NCBI GenBank assembly: GCA_023515725.1
Contig: JALDTO010000164.1
Span: 191,642 to 255,641, forward strand
Direction: 5' to 3'
DNA: 64,000 nt
Source: Amoeboaphelidium protococcarum X5
Taxonomy: Eukaryota > Fungi > Aphelidiomycota
This document shows, one piece after another, positions 16,063-28,852 of this stretch (position 1 is the first letter of the stretch; every line of letters begins with the position of its first letter). The notes beneath the pieces were generated by a model that made no database searches, was not told where the DNA came from, and saw only the letters and a list, made by a program, of their open reading frames with translations. The position numbers and the translations under genes were made by a program.

Positions 16063-17233
16063 TCATTAGCCTTACGGTTACGCCAACATCTGCTTGATTG
16101 CTTTCGGAGTAGACTCGTCATTCAGATGCTTGGTGGTATAGCGCAGAGCATTCAACAGACCCTCGGTACGTGCACCGCCATACTGCTGAATCAACTTGAT
16201 GTGTGTCTTTATACTGATCTCCGAGTCTTTGGCGAACGCTCCCTTAGCACTCACATGATCATACAAGATTATGGATGCCACCATGACACGCAGACAAAAA
16301 TACAACGTCTCCTCCTTGGCAAACTTGTTCTGAGATACGGCGACATGTGTCACAGTAACCATAACCTTGAGACACTCACATACATTGGTGGTACTCACAG
16401 AGTCCGGTGTATTCTTGCCCGTAATGGAAGCCAGCCCATCGACAATAGCTTTCAACATTGGCGTTGGATACGCATAGAAAAGACTCATTCTGTTGGCCAG
16501 CTCATCCTTCACCACAGCTCTGTCCATCATGGCCTTTGCGTCCGGCTGCATCTTCAAGCGACTCAACGTACGTCTGTAGTAACTAAAGTCGTTCTGGATC
16601 GACGGATTGGTCATCTTCAAATCGTCGAAATCCAGAGCAAAAGTCATAGTCTTGGCCAGTAGTTGCGCTGTGGCCTGCTTCTTCTCCAAGTTGTTCTTAA
16701 TGTCACTTCCCTAACAGAGACCCCTCAACAACATTGTAAAGCACTCCTCTACACTAGATCATACCAAATAACATTATCAACATTAAATATAAACATGTTT
16801 AGCTTACCGAGAACAGTCGAAAAGTCAAAAAACTCCTTCAGTTGAGATACAGCAGGACATACAGCGGCCCAAGCTTCCTCTTCCGCCTGCTTACTAGGAG
16901 TGGAAATAGCCTTACGGATCTGCTCTCCACAGCCAGAGTAATTTTTCAGAGAGTCTAGCAACTGTGGACAGCCAGCCATCTTCTTGTTCACCTAGTCGTA
17001 CAACTGCTATTCCTCAGGCATTGGTTTGGCATCTACAAAAATAACAGTTCATACAAAGACAATGAATGATGTTGTTCTTTTATAGACATCAACATCATCC
17101 ATTATCATTTATATCACAATTTAGACATGTAAAACACAACAGAATATAGAACAGATAGCCTACTTTCAAAATCGACAAAAATGTCAGTAGTCACCACAGC
17201 GTCCGACTTTAACAAGGACAATAATACTCCCAT
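16063..17233 (-). CDS. FAM49: CYRI/FAM49 Rac1-interacting regulator of WAVE
   Basis: MG myristoylation start, DIFVDFENAKP, FDDLKMTNPSIQNDFSYYRRTLSR, ANRMSLFYAYPTPMLK, LLNALRYTTKHLNDESTPK. Two introns. Confidence 0.93.
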
Positions 17234-17845
17234 TCTAATTCACAAGTTCTATCGATATCGACTGAATACAAAGTTTCAACAAATAGATCAGAGTCCAATA
17301 ATATCCAATGGTATTGTAACAGAGATAAAGCACCAGAAATTAATTCTCAAGAGTGAGCAAGTGAACGAATGCTTGAGTTAAATACCAAACTACAACACAA
17401 ACTGCTAACTACTCACACGTTAAGAGAGTAAATAAATCGATGCCGGTCAAGAAAGAAGAAGACGAAGAACAGCAGCAACAACAGAAGAGCCGCAAAGTTT
17501 GTTGTTTTAACGATCGCTCTTTCTCTTCGTCTCGTCTCGTCTCGTTTGCTCAAAACGATGGAAAGAAAGAAGGCGCGCTTGTGACTTGGCGGTCCATTGA
17601 AAGAAGTGTAAGAGACAGGATAGACCGCTGTGAGAAACTAAGCGCGACGTTAGATTAGAGTAAAGCTGAAACACTTAAGTTGCATTTCAGATACACTAGA
17701 GATGGCTCAATGGAAAGAAAGATCTGTTTAATGTGTGTGTGTGTTTTAATCAGATTATTAGGACAATCCTTAAAGTAGATCAAATTATATAATAACAATA
17801 AAACGTAAGAGTTAAATCAATATATTTTAATATCAAAAAACTTTG

Positions 17846-20833
17846 TCACCTTTTGATAAAGTGCTTATTAAGCAAATGCAGAGTCTTGTTGACATCGAGT
17901 TGCACGTATTCCAGGTCGAGTTTGAGGATATTATCTTGCTACTTCTCCAGCAGATCATCCAGCTTGAGATCAACTTCCACAATAGGCTTCTCGCGTCCTT
18001 TGTAATGCAGTCCGATCAGAAACGATCCGGGCGATGGCGACGTGATTAGGAAAAAGATGTTGGGGCGTCTGTTATCAGGCACGGAAGACTCTAGGAGCAC
18101 GCCATCTTTTTCCAACTAGGCGTGGTACAATTTTACGGGAGCCATTCTCTGCTACTTTCCGCCATCGGCAGAGTGCACCTTCCTCGTGAGCAGATTTCCA
18201 GCTTTTTTACCACTAGCGCCACCTGACAAGGATGATGATCTACTTGCTGCACTGTACGAAGATGCAGGACTAAGCTATCTATACTTTCCACTCGATGAAG
18301 ATGACGATCCGGCCTGAATGCGGACATTTTACAGATACGCCTTGTAGCTTTCCAGCTGCGATCTCATAAAGCTGTTATGGTCGCAAATTGTCTTGTAAAC
18401 ACTCTCCAAAGACTTGTTATCACTCTTCACCTTCTGGTAAAACTGACTTAAACTCACAAATTCTTCATAAACGTCACGACATAGCTTCGGATGGCCTGTT
18501 GAGTTGTCGATGCCTTGGTATTAATATAGCTCCTGCAATAATTTCAAATTATGTCGCACCATTTATACCTTTTACCTCACAGAAGAATCTTTACGATACT
18601 ATGCAGACGCTGAATCCAGAATCTGCTCAATATTCACCAGGTCGCGGCTATAAGATCGCGGCATACTTCCAATCTAGAGCAACTAATAACTAGGCACCGT
18701 ATTCTGTAACACTCGTCCATCTGCTTGATGCTTAGCATTCCATGCCAGTGTTCTCATGATTTACACAACCAACTAGCGAGTGTCCATGTACAGGATATCT
18801 GCCTCACTGAGAGATCCGCCAGATTTAGATTTAGATCTACTGAGTAGGTGTCGCTGCGATGATGAGCCAAGTCTTCGACGTTCCTCCATAATGTCCACCA
18901 TATGAGGAAAGAGTACAGGAGCATTCTCCCACCTCGCGAACAGGTGCAACTATATACTCTTATTCTCCTTTCTGGCAAGCTACTTAGGTACATGGCCTAA
19001 GTCATGGATTATCGACTACAAATGCTAACACGATTACTAGAACGACTGCTCAGGGTTCATTGACAATCTCTTAGTGCTAACATCATCATTATCATCTCTA
19101 TAATCACCACTGCCATTAAGACTTCCTTTGTTCGGTTGGACCTCCTAAGACTGCACACCAAACTAACAAATCTCTGCCAGATGCTGAGAGAAGAGTGCAT
19201 GAGTATTATAAATCTCATTCAGGCTCACATTGATATTCAAATCCTTCTTGGACATTGTCATATACTGATCAATCTCCAGCGATTCGTAAAAATCTTCTAC
19301 ATCACACAGGCTACTTAGGAATCCAAGAATACAATCCTTATTCTGATCAATGAAACTATTAGTGCTCTTCATATACGATTCTTTGCTGTAAGTCGGCTTA
19401 TTAGCAAGATTCTAAATCAACTTGGCAATCAAAGTCAGAGTCCTGCGAGGATTAGCGGAAGGCTTCTGATCAATGATCATATAAGATTCTGGAGTCACTA
19501 TAGCAGGATTTACGTATCTCAAAAAGAAGAATCCACCGATAAGGGATGCAATATGATCAGCAGACATTGTAGGAAACTTTCTACTCACCATGACTTTGAT
19601 CTACTTGCATATCCATCTGATTCCATACGGTACCTGATCAATCTACTAAATTATAGTATCCACAAACTATTACGCGAGAGATTACAGTTTGGCTATTCGA
19701 GACTTTATCACAGACTATACCTGAGGATGAGCAGATGCCTCTTCTGAGGATAGCTGACGACTAAGAGATGAAGACTGTCCACTTTCAACTTCAGCGTCAT
19801 TGATCATTTAATGATACACTTTCAAAGGATCAATCTCCAGACTCTCATCCTAATTCTGTACAATCTACTGAATATTATCAAAAAGCACAGTCTTAAGATA
19901 CTACTGCCCAGGACCGCGGCGCGTATAAGTAGTCATCATTCGGGATACGGGAGTATTGGCACGGAGGAGAGAGCCAAAATCCGTAGCCTGCTCAATATCA
20001 TGTGCCAATACACTTTAAAACATTGTTAGCAGAAGATGCTCCTCCCTGCTGTCATACTGATTACCATATAATGTGAACATGACCGTTTGTAAGAGAGTAT
20101 CAATCTCGGTAAGAGTCAACTACTTGACCAGTTGCGCAATAAGCCTTGGCTCACTCTGTAACAAGAAGAATAGATTACCATACAACTGCTTCTTCTTATC
20201 ATCGGGGAAGTAGACAGAATCTGATCCCTCGGCCTAATTTCCAGCGCCAACAGAATCGTCTTACATCACCTCAACTTCCTCGAGACCCATTCTATTCTAA
20301 ATCAGCAATGCTATTCGACTATCTAGATACCTAACATCTCTCTCAAGCAGGAAATTTCTCTTTGACTGAACACTGATCTTATTCTTCAAATCTTTCAACT
20401 ATCGCTGTGCGCGTGAAAGCTCATCATCAACTTCAAAATCTTATTGCGCAGATATTGACCACATCTAGCTCACTGAGTATCTACGCGATTTACGCTTGAC
20501 ACCACTAACACTATTGGCATTAGCAGTTACAGCACCTCCAAATTTATCCGCCAGTCTTTGCGTGCGACTTCGCTGACGCAGCGGATTAATATTTTCTTAC
20601 TATTACTGCTGTTACTACTGCTAATCTTGCCTATTATTACCATAATTATCTTGATCAGAATCTTCTAATGGACTAACTGTTAACGGGACACCATGCTCCA
20701 TCGCCAGACGGGCAGCGCGCACAAGATCGCCATTCTATAAATCAAGCGATTCCTGTCTGGTATTCAGTTTAGGCCTTAAATTCATATTCTTGACACCTTC
20801 TCTCAAATCCGCACTCTAATTTTATTAACTCAT
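17846..20833 (-). CDS. Ras GTPase-activating protein, fungal Gap1/IQGAP-related (RasGAP + RasGAP_C), ~995 aa, intronless
   Basis: [80 protein letters not shown]. One open frame to TGA 17846-17848. Confidence 0.9.
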
Positions 20834-21142
20834 AATCTTTATATTTTGAAATTTAAAATTTAATAGGATGATTATAGGCGCAATTTTACTGATTTAAATG
20901 AGAAAAAGCTCGACTAATAATCAGTGTTAAGAAGAGAGCGAAACGCGTCTTTACAGGCAAGATTCTGATTGGATGATCAAAAGCTGTGACCAATGACAAT
21001 CAATCTTGAGGTTGCACTCGGTGAAGATTACAGAAATGTGCAAACTTAAGAAGACGTATATGAAAACTGATGTCGCTTCTGAATAGAAGGAATACGATTT
21101 GCTCTTAATATCAACCACATTCTATAATACATCTGCTCTGCT

Positions 21143-23653
21143 TCATTCATCTACAAATTAACGCCGCATTTACTAATGAGTCGACGCCACATTTAAAGTT
21201 TACTCAATCAATCGAGAAAACGAACTTCTTACATACAGAAGGAGATTAAAGAATGTTCATTATACGGCTTCATTATAAACCAGTCTAAAGCATCCATCAC
21301 GTTATTCAGCATATAGTCGCGGCTTTTAAAATTTATGAGTAAGCTAACTAGATTCGGTATCATCATCAGCACTGATAGTGAACACGAATTCTTCAATCAG
21401 AGGGCTTGGATCATTTGACTCTTTCAACTTATTAATCAATTGTGCGCCAATATCGGATGTAATTGATAGCTTACAACCATTAATAGAGACTGGTTGCAGG
21501 TAGTCGTCCTAGATAATGCTCATAATTTCATCAATGTTCTCCATACCAAATTTATCTATCAAAGACTTACTCAACGCCAAAATTGTCTCAGTCTATCGAA
21601 TCTATAGCAATATCTATTACAATCTATCCAAAGCAAGAGAACTATCAGTTTAAATGTTCATAGAATGACACGGCCAATTAAGCTTTTACAGTTATGTCTT
21701 ACAATTACTAAAGTAATCACAGACTAGAGGGTGATCAACATTTAAATGTAATCCATTAGCAATATTACTCAGATATTATATAAACAATAGACAGTATGTG
21801 GGAATTAGATACAACGTAGGATCGGCAACTGACTATAAATCAGCCAATGCCCGCTCCCCTTCTTTATCCAAATCGAACAGCTGCTCCTACTAGTCGGCAT
21901 GTTAAGGCAATGCTTCAAGCCACAATTAATTCCATAGATTCTACTGATCCTGCATCCGCGCACTAAGCTGTCCATCTACGTAATCTCGCGGTGAATGCCA
22001 ACGAACAAAATCCACAAGGGATGATAGAGGATTCGCGAATTTGAAAGCTGACATGTCTGAGAGCAGATGTGCAGATTATATCTTGGCGCGCAGGTCGGCA
22101 GCCTCACCAGAATCTCCCAAGTCTTCAAATTGGCGCATCTGCTCCTCGACCATATCAGATGTCATAACTCCAGAGTGTTGTGTTATCGGAATAGCCAATC
22201 GCTCATCTGGATGATTGATAAGATGCAGCGTGGGATGGTATTTGACTATGCCCCGATTATCAAAATGCTCAATAGTATCAAAGAAGAAGTCATCACCATT
22301 ATCGTTACTTACTTACACAGAACTATGACCCTGCCTGAGAATGGACTTTATGCAATGATTGATCAGAGTCAATTTCTAGGCAATTAAACACTGCTACTAA
22401 TTAATTTCGAATCCAACGTGAGGTATAACAGTCTTGGTATTCCAGCAATCCCTCACCTTGTTCATGATTAAATGCCATAGTGATCGAATTGCAGAATCAA
22501 ATCTCATATTCAAACGACTCTCCATCTGGAATAGAGCATAATAACATATTCTAAATAATAAAGAATTCTAATCAACTGATCCGACAACTCGCTGAAAATC
22601 CTCAGATATCTATAACAATATAGCTTCTTGATTCAACACCTTATAAACGACATCTTTTATCACATCGATATCCACAATTTCGAAATTTCCCATTGGATTC
22701 TTTACTTTATCCGATATGGTTTATCCTAGACTCTTTTACTAATTCATCAAGTCTTCATTGGATCTGTATTAAAGCATCTAGTGGCTATTAGAAGTAAGTG
22801 ATTGTATAACATCACCAATCTTGGACGATAACTGTAATCCAACAAGGTAATTAAAGTCTGGCACAGATTCCGTATCTATCTTTAAGAAAATGTCCACCTA
22901 ACTCAGATCCTTCTAGAATAGATACAGCTACTATTCACTTTTACTGTCGAATGTAGATTCTGATAGAGTTATATAAAATTTCTAAATAGGATCTTCAGCA
23001 GTAAATGCGTGTACATTCGCATCATGATCATATCCATACAATTTCAGAGTGAACGTCTATTTCTATGCAGATATAATCTTTATGTATGAAGTGGGTAAAC
23101 TATACATGTTCTTGAATAGAGATTACAACTGAGTATGACCACGATATTCTCTGGGAACTAGAGGAGCAAATGTGGATCTAATTCTAGACGTGACCATTCC
23201 TTATGACACCACAAGTCCATCATACAACTCCTTCCACTATGCTCCAGTTTATACAAATATCGCATAAGAATTACCAGAGAGGGAAGAAGCAGCCATAACC
23301 GCGGTCGATTAAACCAACTTGAGTTCAGACAGGTCGGCAATTGGCTTCTTAACGCCAGATAAGACATACAAATTGGTAAGAGATGTCCAATTATGCAGCA
23401 AATGGGCATAGTCATTGAAGAAGGTTTGATTTGATACTGAGGACTAATGTAGTTCCTCATAGCTAATACAGTACTATCGTCTATTCAACCAGAAATTTAA
23501 AGACTTGTCATCAATGTTATTGTTACTGTTAATATCTCGTGCAGACAATTGTTAACTTGCATCACACCTCTTCATGAACTACTCTATCGTCGTAATAACT
23601 TGCTCCCACTCTGATGCATTGGTAAAGTCAATAAACTCAAATTATTCATCCAT
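21143..23653 (-). CDS. RAB3GAP1: Rab3 GTPase-activating protein catalytic subunit (Rab18 GEF subunit), ~836 aa
   Basis: N-terminal EFIDFTNASEWEQVITTIE and catalytic-region LSDMSAFKFANP...DFVRWHSPRDY...LSARM. Single frame. Confidence 0.87.
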
Positions 23654-24029
23654 ATTAAATCACTGACTATCTTTCCAGAATATAATTCTTTAAAATCTAG
23701 TATATATATCCACTCAGTATTTTATATATAAAATATCTAAACTTTATCTTTATAAGATGGGAACAATATCAATCAGAGTGGAAACAAAAAGAGATCGCGC
23801 CTCTGACACAGGTCGCCTCTCTCAAATAAACGCTCCGTGTTAAAATCATAGCTCACTCACAACAAGCTTCATTTGTATAGTGCGGCTAGATATACATGAG
23901 TAACTGTAAATACAAAAAAGGCAAATTGATTTTAAATCAATAAAGGTTTAATGAAATAAAGTACGCGTTTAGACAATGTGTGGTGGATCAGCAGCGACTT
24001 CAACCAACGATGATAATGATCATTCATGC

Positions 24030-25946
24030 TCAGAATAAAGTCTCATTAACACCGAGAACCATTTCATGTAGACCACGACCAGCAGGCACCATTGGATAGA
24101 CGTGTTCGGTCGCTTCTACTCTGCAGTCGAGGACAACAGGACGTGATCCAGTGCCATTGTTGCCAGTATCTGCTTATAAGAACTCTTTCAGTCCCGATTC
24201 CAGATCCTATTCACGGTCAATACGTAATCCCTAACAATTCATACTCTCTGCCAACTTTACGAAATCTGGATTACACATCTTGGTGCCAGAGTATCGATTC
24301 TCATAAAATAGATCCTACCACTGTCTGACCATGCCTTGGAATTCATTATTAAGAATCAGGACTTTAACTCCGACATTGAATTCAGACGCAGTCATCAGCT
24401 CCATACCAGTCATGCTGAACGACGCGTCTCCATCAACGTCAATTACAAAGTGATCAGGCCGAGCGATTTTACAGCCAATGGCAGCTGGCAATCCAAATCC
24501 CATAGTGCCGAGACCTCCTGAAGTTACCAGTGTTCTTGGATGTCGCCATCTAATGAACTACGCGGCCCACATCTAATGCTGGCCAACACCAGTGGTGAAT
24601 GTGACTCTATTCCTCTCCATATCCTTCTATATTAGATTATTGAGCACACTCAGAACTTTCTGAGGTTTCAATGCACCTGTCTGGGCCATCTCGTTCTCTT
24701 CCTACGAGGTGAATGCATTATCAAATCTAAAAGGGTATTTCTGCTTCCAAAACTAGATCTAGTTCAGCCACTCTTTACGATCCTTCTATTCAATATTGTG
24801 ATTCTGGATCAACTACTCAAGGCCTTTACTCAAATCTCCTTCTACGGAGCACGTCACACCGACAATCTTGCCAATATTCTTTGGACTGATATCAAATTGC
24901 ACGATACCACCTCTACCCTCCTATTCGGCACGCCTGGCTTCTGGCGCAAACTTGTTCAATGCACCAGTGACTCTATCATCGAACCGCGCACCCAGACTAA
25001 TGATCAAATCGGCATTCTACATGGCCAAGTTGGCATACGCTGCACCGTGCATACCCAACATATGAAGAGATAATGGATGCATCTCATCAAATGCACCCAT
25101 TCCTTGTATAGTCGTGGTGACAGGTATCTGCGCTTTGATGGCCAATTCACGCAATAGTCTAACAGAATCTGGTGAACTGATAGCTCCATTACCAGCATAT
25201 ATAACAGGTCTCTTGGCCTTGTTAATCAGATAAGCCACGTATTCAATGTCTTACAGCCACTACTACCTCTTATCATCCTCTCTATGCTTGATATGAACAC
25301 CTGGCACGGATATCTCGTCACAGGCCTCCTTTCGCAAGACATTGGCACCAACATCCTTAGGAAGATCGACCAATACAGGACCAGGCCGTCCATCTTGCGC
25401 AATGTAAAAGGCTTCATTCAAAAGTCGGGGTAGATCTGCCACATCCTTGCACATGACATTCCACTTGGTACATGCACGCGTTATTCCAATGACATCAGCT
25501 TCCTGGAAAGCATCAGTACCAAGAGAGGATGTCGGCACTTGGCCACTGACACACACCATGGGAATACCATCAGATAACGCATCTTGCATCGGAGTGACGC
25601 AATTAGTAGCACCAGGACCACTGGTCAGTAGGACAACAGAGGGCTTTCCCGTACATCGCGCATAACCCTCAGCCATATGTCCGGCACCTTGCTCATGACG
25701 CGGTAGAACAAGCTGAAAGTGCGGAGACTCATAGATTGCATCAAATACAGGCAGAATAGCACCACCCGGATATCCAAATACGTGTTTCACACCCTACTTC
25801 CTCATAACCTCATGAAATATCTATCCACCAGTCATTCCTTTATATGATATCTTGGTCAAGGCTTGAACATTCGGTTGATGAGTAATAGTTTCCACCGGCT
25901 TTGTCTTTAGAGCGCTAAACTGTCTCCGAATGCTTAGACTAATCAT
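24030..25946 (-). CDS. ILV2: Acetolactate synthase catalytic subunit, 638 aa
   Basis: [58 protein letters not shown] motif DGDASFSMT...LNN. Basic targeting-like N-terminus. Confidence 0.96.
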
Positions 25947-26322
25947 GATCCCCAGTCTATAATATATTTCCAAGTATTGATGTATATAAATATTCTAATG
26001 CAAATAAGCTCACTTAGTAGATTAAACGGAAGAGAGTGGGATTATTGAAAGAGGAAAAGCCAGCCAGTTGTTGAAATTTCATTCGGCGTTTCTTGCCGCA
26101 GCCTTTAAACTCTCATCGCTTTAATCCGTCCGTCCGTCCGTCCGACCAATCGATCTCTCTGAAATCTGTTACGCCGCGCTTCTGTTTCAAACACACGCGA
26201 CTTTATACACGCACGTTCATCTGGTGACTATTAAACATTGTATTTTAGTGTCAGTTTTGTTTTAGAATATAGAAAATATAACGAGCATCAGATATTCAAA
26301 TAGATATTCAAAAGTATAATTA

Positions 26323-27406
26323 TCATGACTCTTCTTCAACGAGGGGCGGCATACAGTACTCGACAAACAGATTCTGGTCATGATAAGGAATCATCAACTG
26401 CAAGCTCATCACTCCAATAGCATTGATACGAATAGCAACTTTGAATGCAAAGTTTAGAGCATTGAGACAGAGAGGTATAAATGACGGGAGATAAGAGTTA
26501 ATACTGGGAACTTGACACGTGTAAAACTCAATAACATTCTTCTCAAAGTCCATTATCACTTTGGCATCATCGACATTAGACTGACCGCTAACAGAGATCA
26601 CCGGATCCACAGCTCTTGTCTCAAAGCGGACAAATTTGGCATTTTACATTTCTCTGAGAGCCTCTTTCAACCACTAAGCCTACAATACTTATTAATATTC
26701 AATCACCACATGACGATGGGTATCAGATACTCATAATGTCATAGTATTATATGAGAGACATATCTATATTACCTTGAGAATGACGCGACAAACTGTCGGG
26801 TGAGAATCGAACGCGAAACGAGACATTTACTCGTTGGAATACGTTGCAAACTTGCACACTGTAGTCAGACACCCACTATCATCCAGGACTCTACACACTT
26901 AATATTGATGTTATACGGAATTTGATGTTGGGTATAATAACCTTACATTAAATCCAAATGATCTTCCTCAATTATAATATTTAAAGCAGAATCTCCACCA
27001 ATGGCAGATCGTGGATGATCATTCTTTTACAGTGAATATGAAGAAGATGAAACTTGCTTGCTGAACAGAGTCAAGCAGTCCAACATTTGGGTGAGGTTGA
27101 ACGTTACAGATACATCATCAGCAGGTTATTGATTCTACTGTCCATTTAAATTGAATTCACCAAATAATTTCCTTTCAATAAAACTGCAAGCTTGTAAAGA
27201 CGATGTGACCTGTGCTATAAACTTGAGACCACTCTCAGACGCTATACACGTAACAACCTACAGATATTTAAGAGAGAGAGAGAGTTCGTTAATTTAAACT
27301 TGATTCAAAGAGACGTTTAAATTCATACCTCACTCTGTAATGGCTTGAGAGCCATCACTAGTATCTTAACATTATCCAACGATGCCTCCACTCTTTATAT
27401 TGTCAT
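26323..27406 (-). CDS. RAD1: 9-1-1 checkpoint clamp subunit Rad1
   Basis: ASLDNVKILVMALKPL, SGLKFIAQVTSSLQACSFIERKLF, and C-terminal KVAIRINAIGVMSLQLMI...FVEYCMPP. Two introns. Confidence 0.8.
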
Positions 27407-27617
27407 TATAAGATTCCTGTGTGTAATAAGTACTGTATACTGTAGTTCAGTAACGCGTCAAGAAAGCTTTCAGTCGAAACAAATGAAAAGTTGAAAAAAT
27501 CGTTATAACACTTCTATCCCGCTGAAAGTATAGAGAAAGATCATAGTAGATTCATACCCATTTTAAAATAGAGATAGTTAATTCGCGTTTTAATAATAAT
27601 TATAGATCTAATTAAGT

Positions 27618-28784
27618 ATGGTGTAAGAGAGTGAACGTAAATGCTAAAAGCTTGTCCTGGATTCTGGTGCAATTATTCGCGGAGATGATTCGATATTCAA
27701 TCTATCACAGGAGTATTTCACCATTCCAGAGGTGTTGAGTGAATTAAAGGATGGTAAAGTGCGCGAACGGTTGAATAGATTGCCGTTTGATATTAAAGTA
27801 TAATCGCCTTCTGCCAAGTCTATAGCACGCGTATTGCAGTTTGCGAAAGGCACTGGTGATTATTCAGTTCTCTCCCAGGTGGATTTACGCGTCATTGCTC
27901 TTACTCTTGATCTGCACGGTGATCTGCATGGTGAGTCGACTGTCAATTTCACTCCTTTACAAGCTCATACGCGCGCCGGTGGTAGTGTCGTTGGTAGATA
28001 GAAATCTGTATCAAGCTAGCGACCAACTCAATAATTGAATGAAGATGTTGCGGAATCGATTTAAAAGTTATCTGTCAATGATCATGATTCCATGATAGAT
28101 CCTCCTTAGAGTGGTAGTTAAGAGGATAAGACTGCTGCAGAAGCAGATTCGAAGGATATTGAGAGCGACGATAGTGATGGATGGATAACACCATAGAATT
28201 ACAAAACTGTCAATTCCTCTGTCGCTGTTAAAGATAACACACCTCTAGTTCAAGTGCAATGTATGACTACCGATTATGCAATGTAGAATGTATTGCTGCA
28301 GATGAAACTTGGTGTTGTCAGTGTTGACGGACTGCGTATTACACAGCTGAAATAATCAGTTCTGCGATGCCACGGATGCTTTCATGTGACCAAAGATATG
28401 GATAAGAAATTCTGTCCCAAGTGTGGTGGCAATACTTTGATTCGTACCAGCATGTCTGTCGATACATAGACTGGCGAAGTGGTGTATCATTTAAAAAGGA
28501 ATTTTCAGTATCGTGTCAGAGGTACTGTGTATTCGATTCCTGAGGCCAAAGGTGGTCGTGATGGTGACATGGTTCTCCGTGAAGATTAGAAAGAGTTTCA
28601 GCGAGCGACGCATCAGCGAAAACGAGAGGAGCAAAAATTGGAGAAGGTGCTCCTATCTGGTCAGGCATACGATGATTATGATTTGGATCTATTTTCCGGA
28701 AAAGGTGGACGTGGCCGTGTACAAGGTGTCAATGGCACTATTGGTTATGGTCGACGTAATCCCAATGAGAAGAGAAGGAAATGA
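27618..28784 (+). CDS. NOB1: 18S rRNA D-site endonuclease Nob1, 388 aa
   Basis: PIN domain LVLDSGAII...FAKGTGDYSVLSQVD, CMTTDYAMQNVLLQM, zinc ribbon CHGC...FCPKCGGNTL, C-terminal GYGRRNPNE. Confidence 0.94.
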
Positions 28785-28852
28785 AATATGAAAGTCTCTT
28801 TCCGACTTGATTGAGCAGAATATATTCATTGTGGTATCTCAATACATATTTC

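Noticed and set aside
16126-16662. 178 aa plus-strand ORF and similar track ORFs (11447-11827, 47736-48107, 52555-52869)
   Set aside because: They are antisense shadows of conserved genes (CYRI, PRE3, ARPC1, NAP1).
26125-26144. (TCCG)5, plus (GA)n and (CA)n tracts elsewhere
   Set aside because: These are ordinary short microsatellites.
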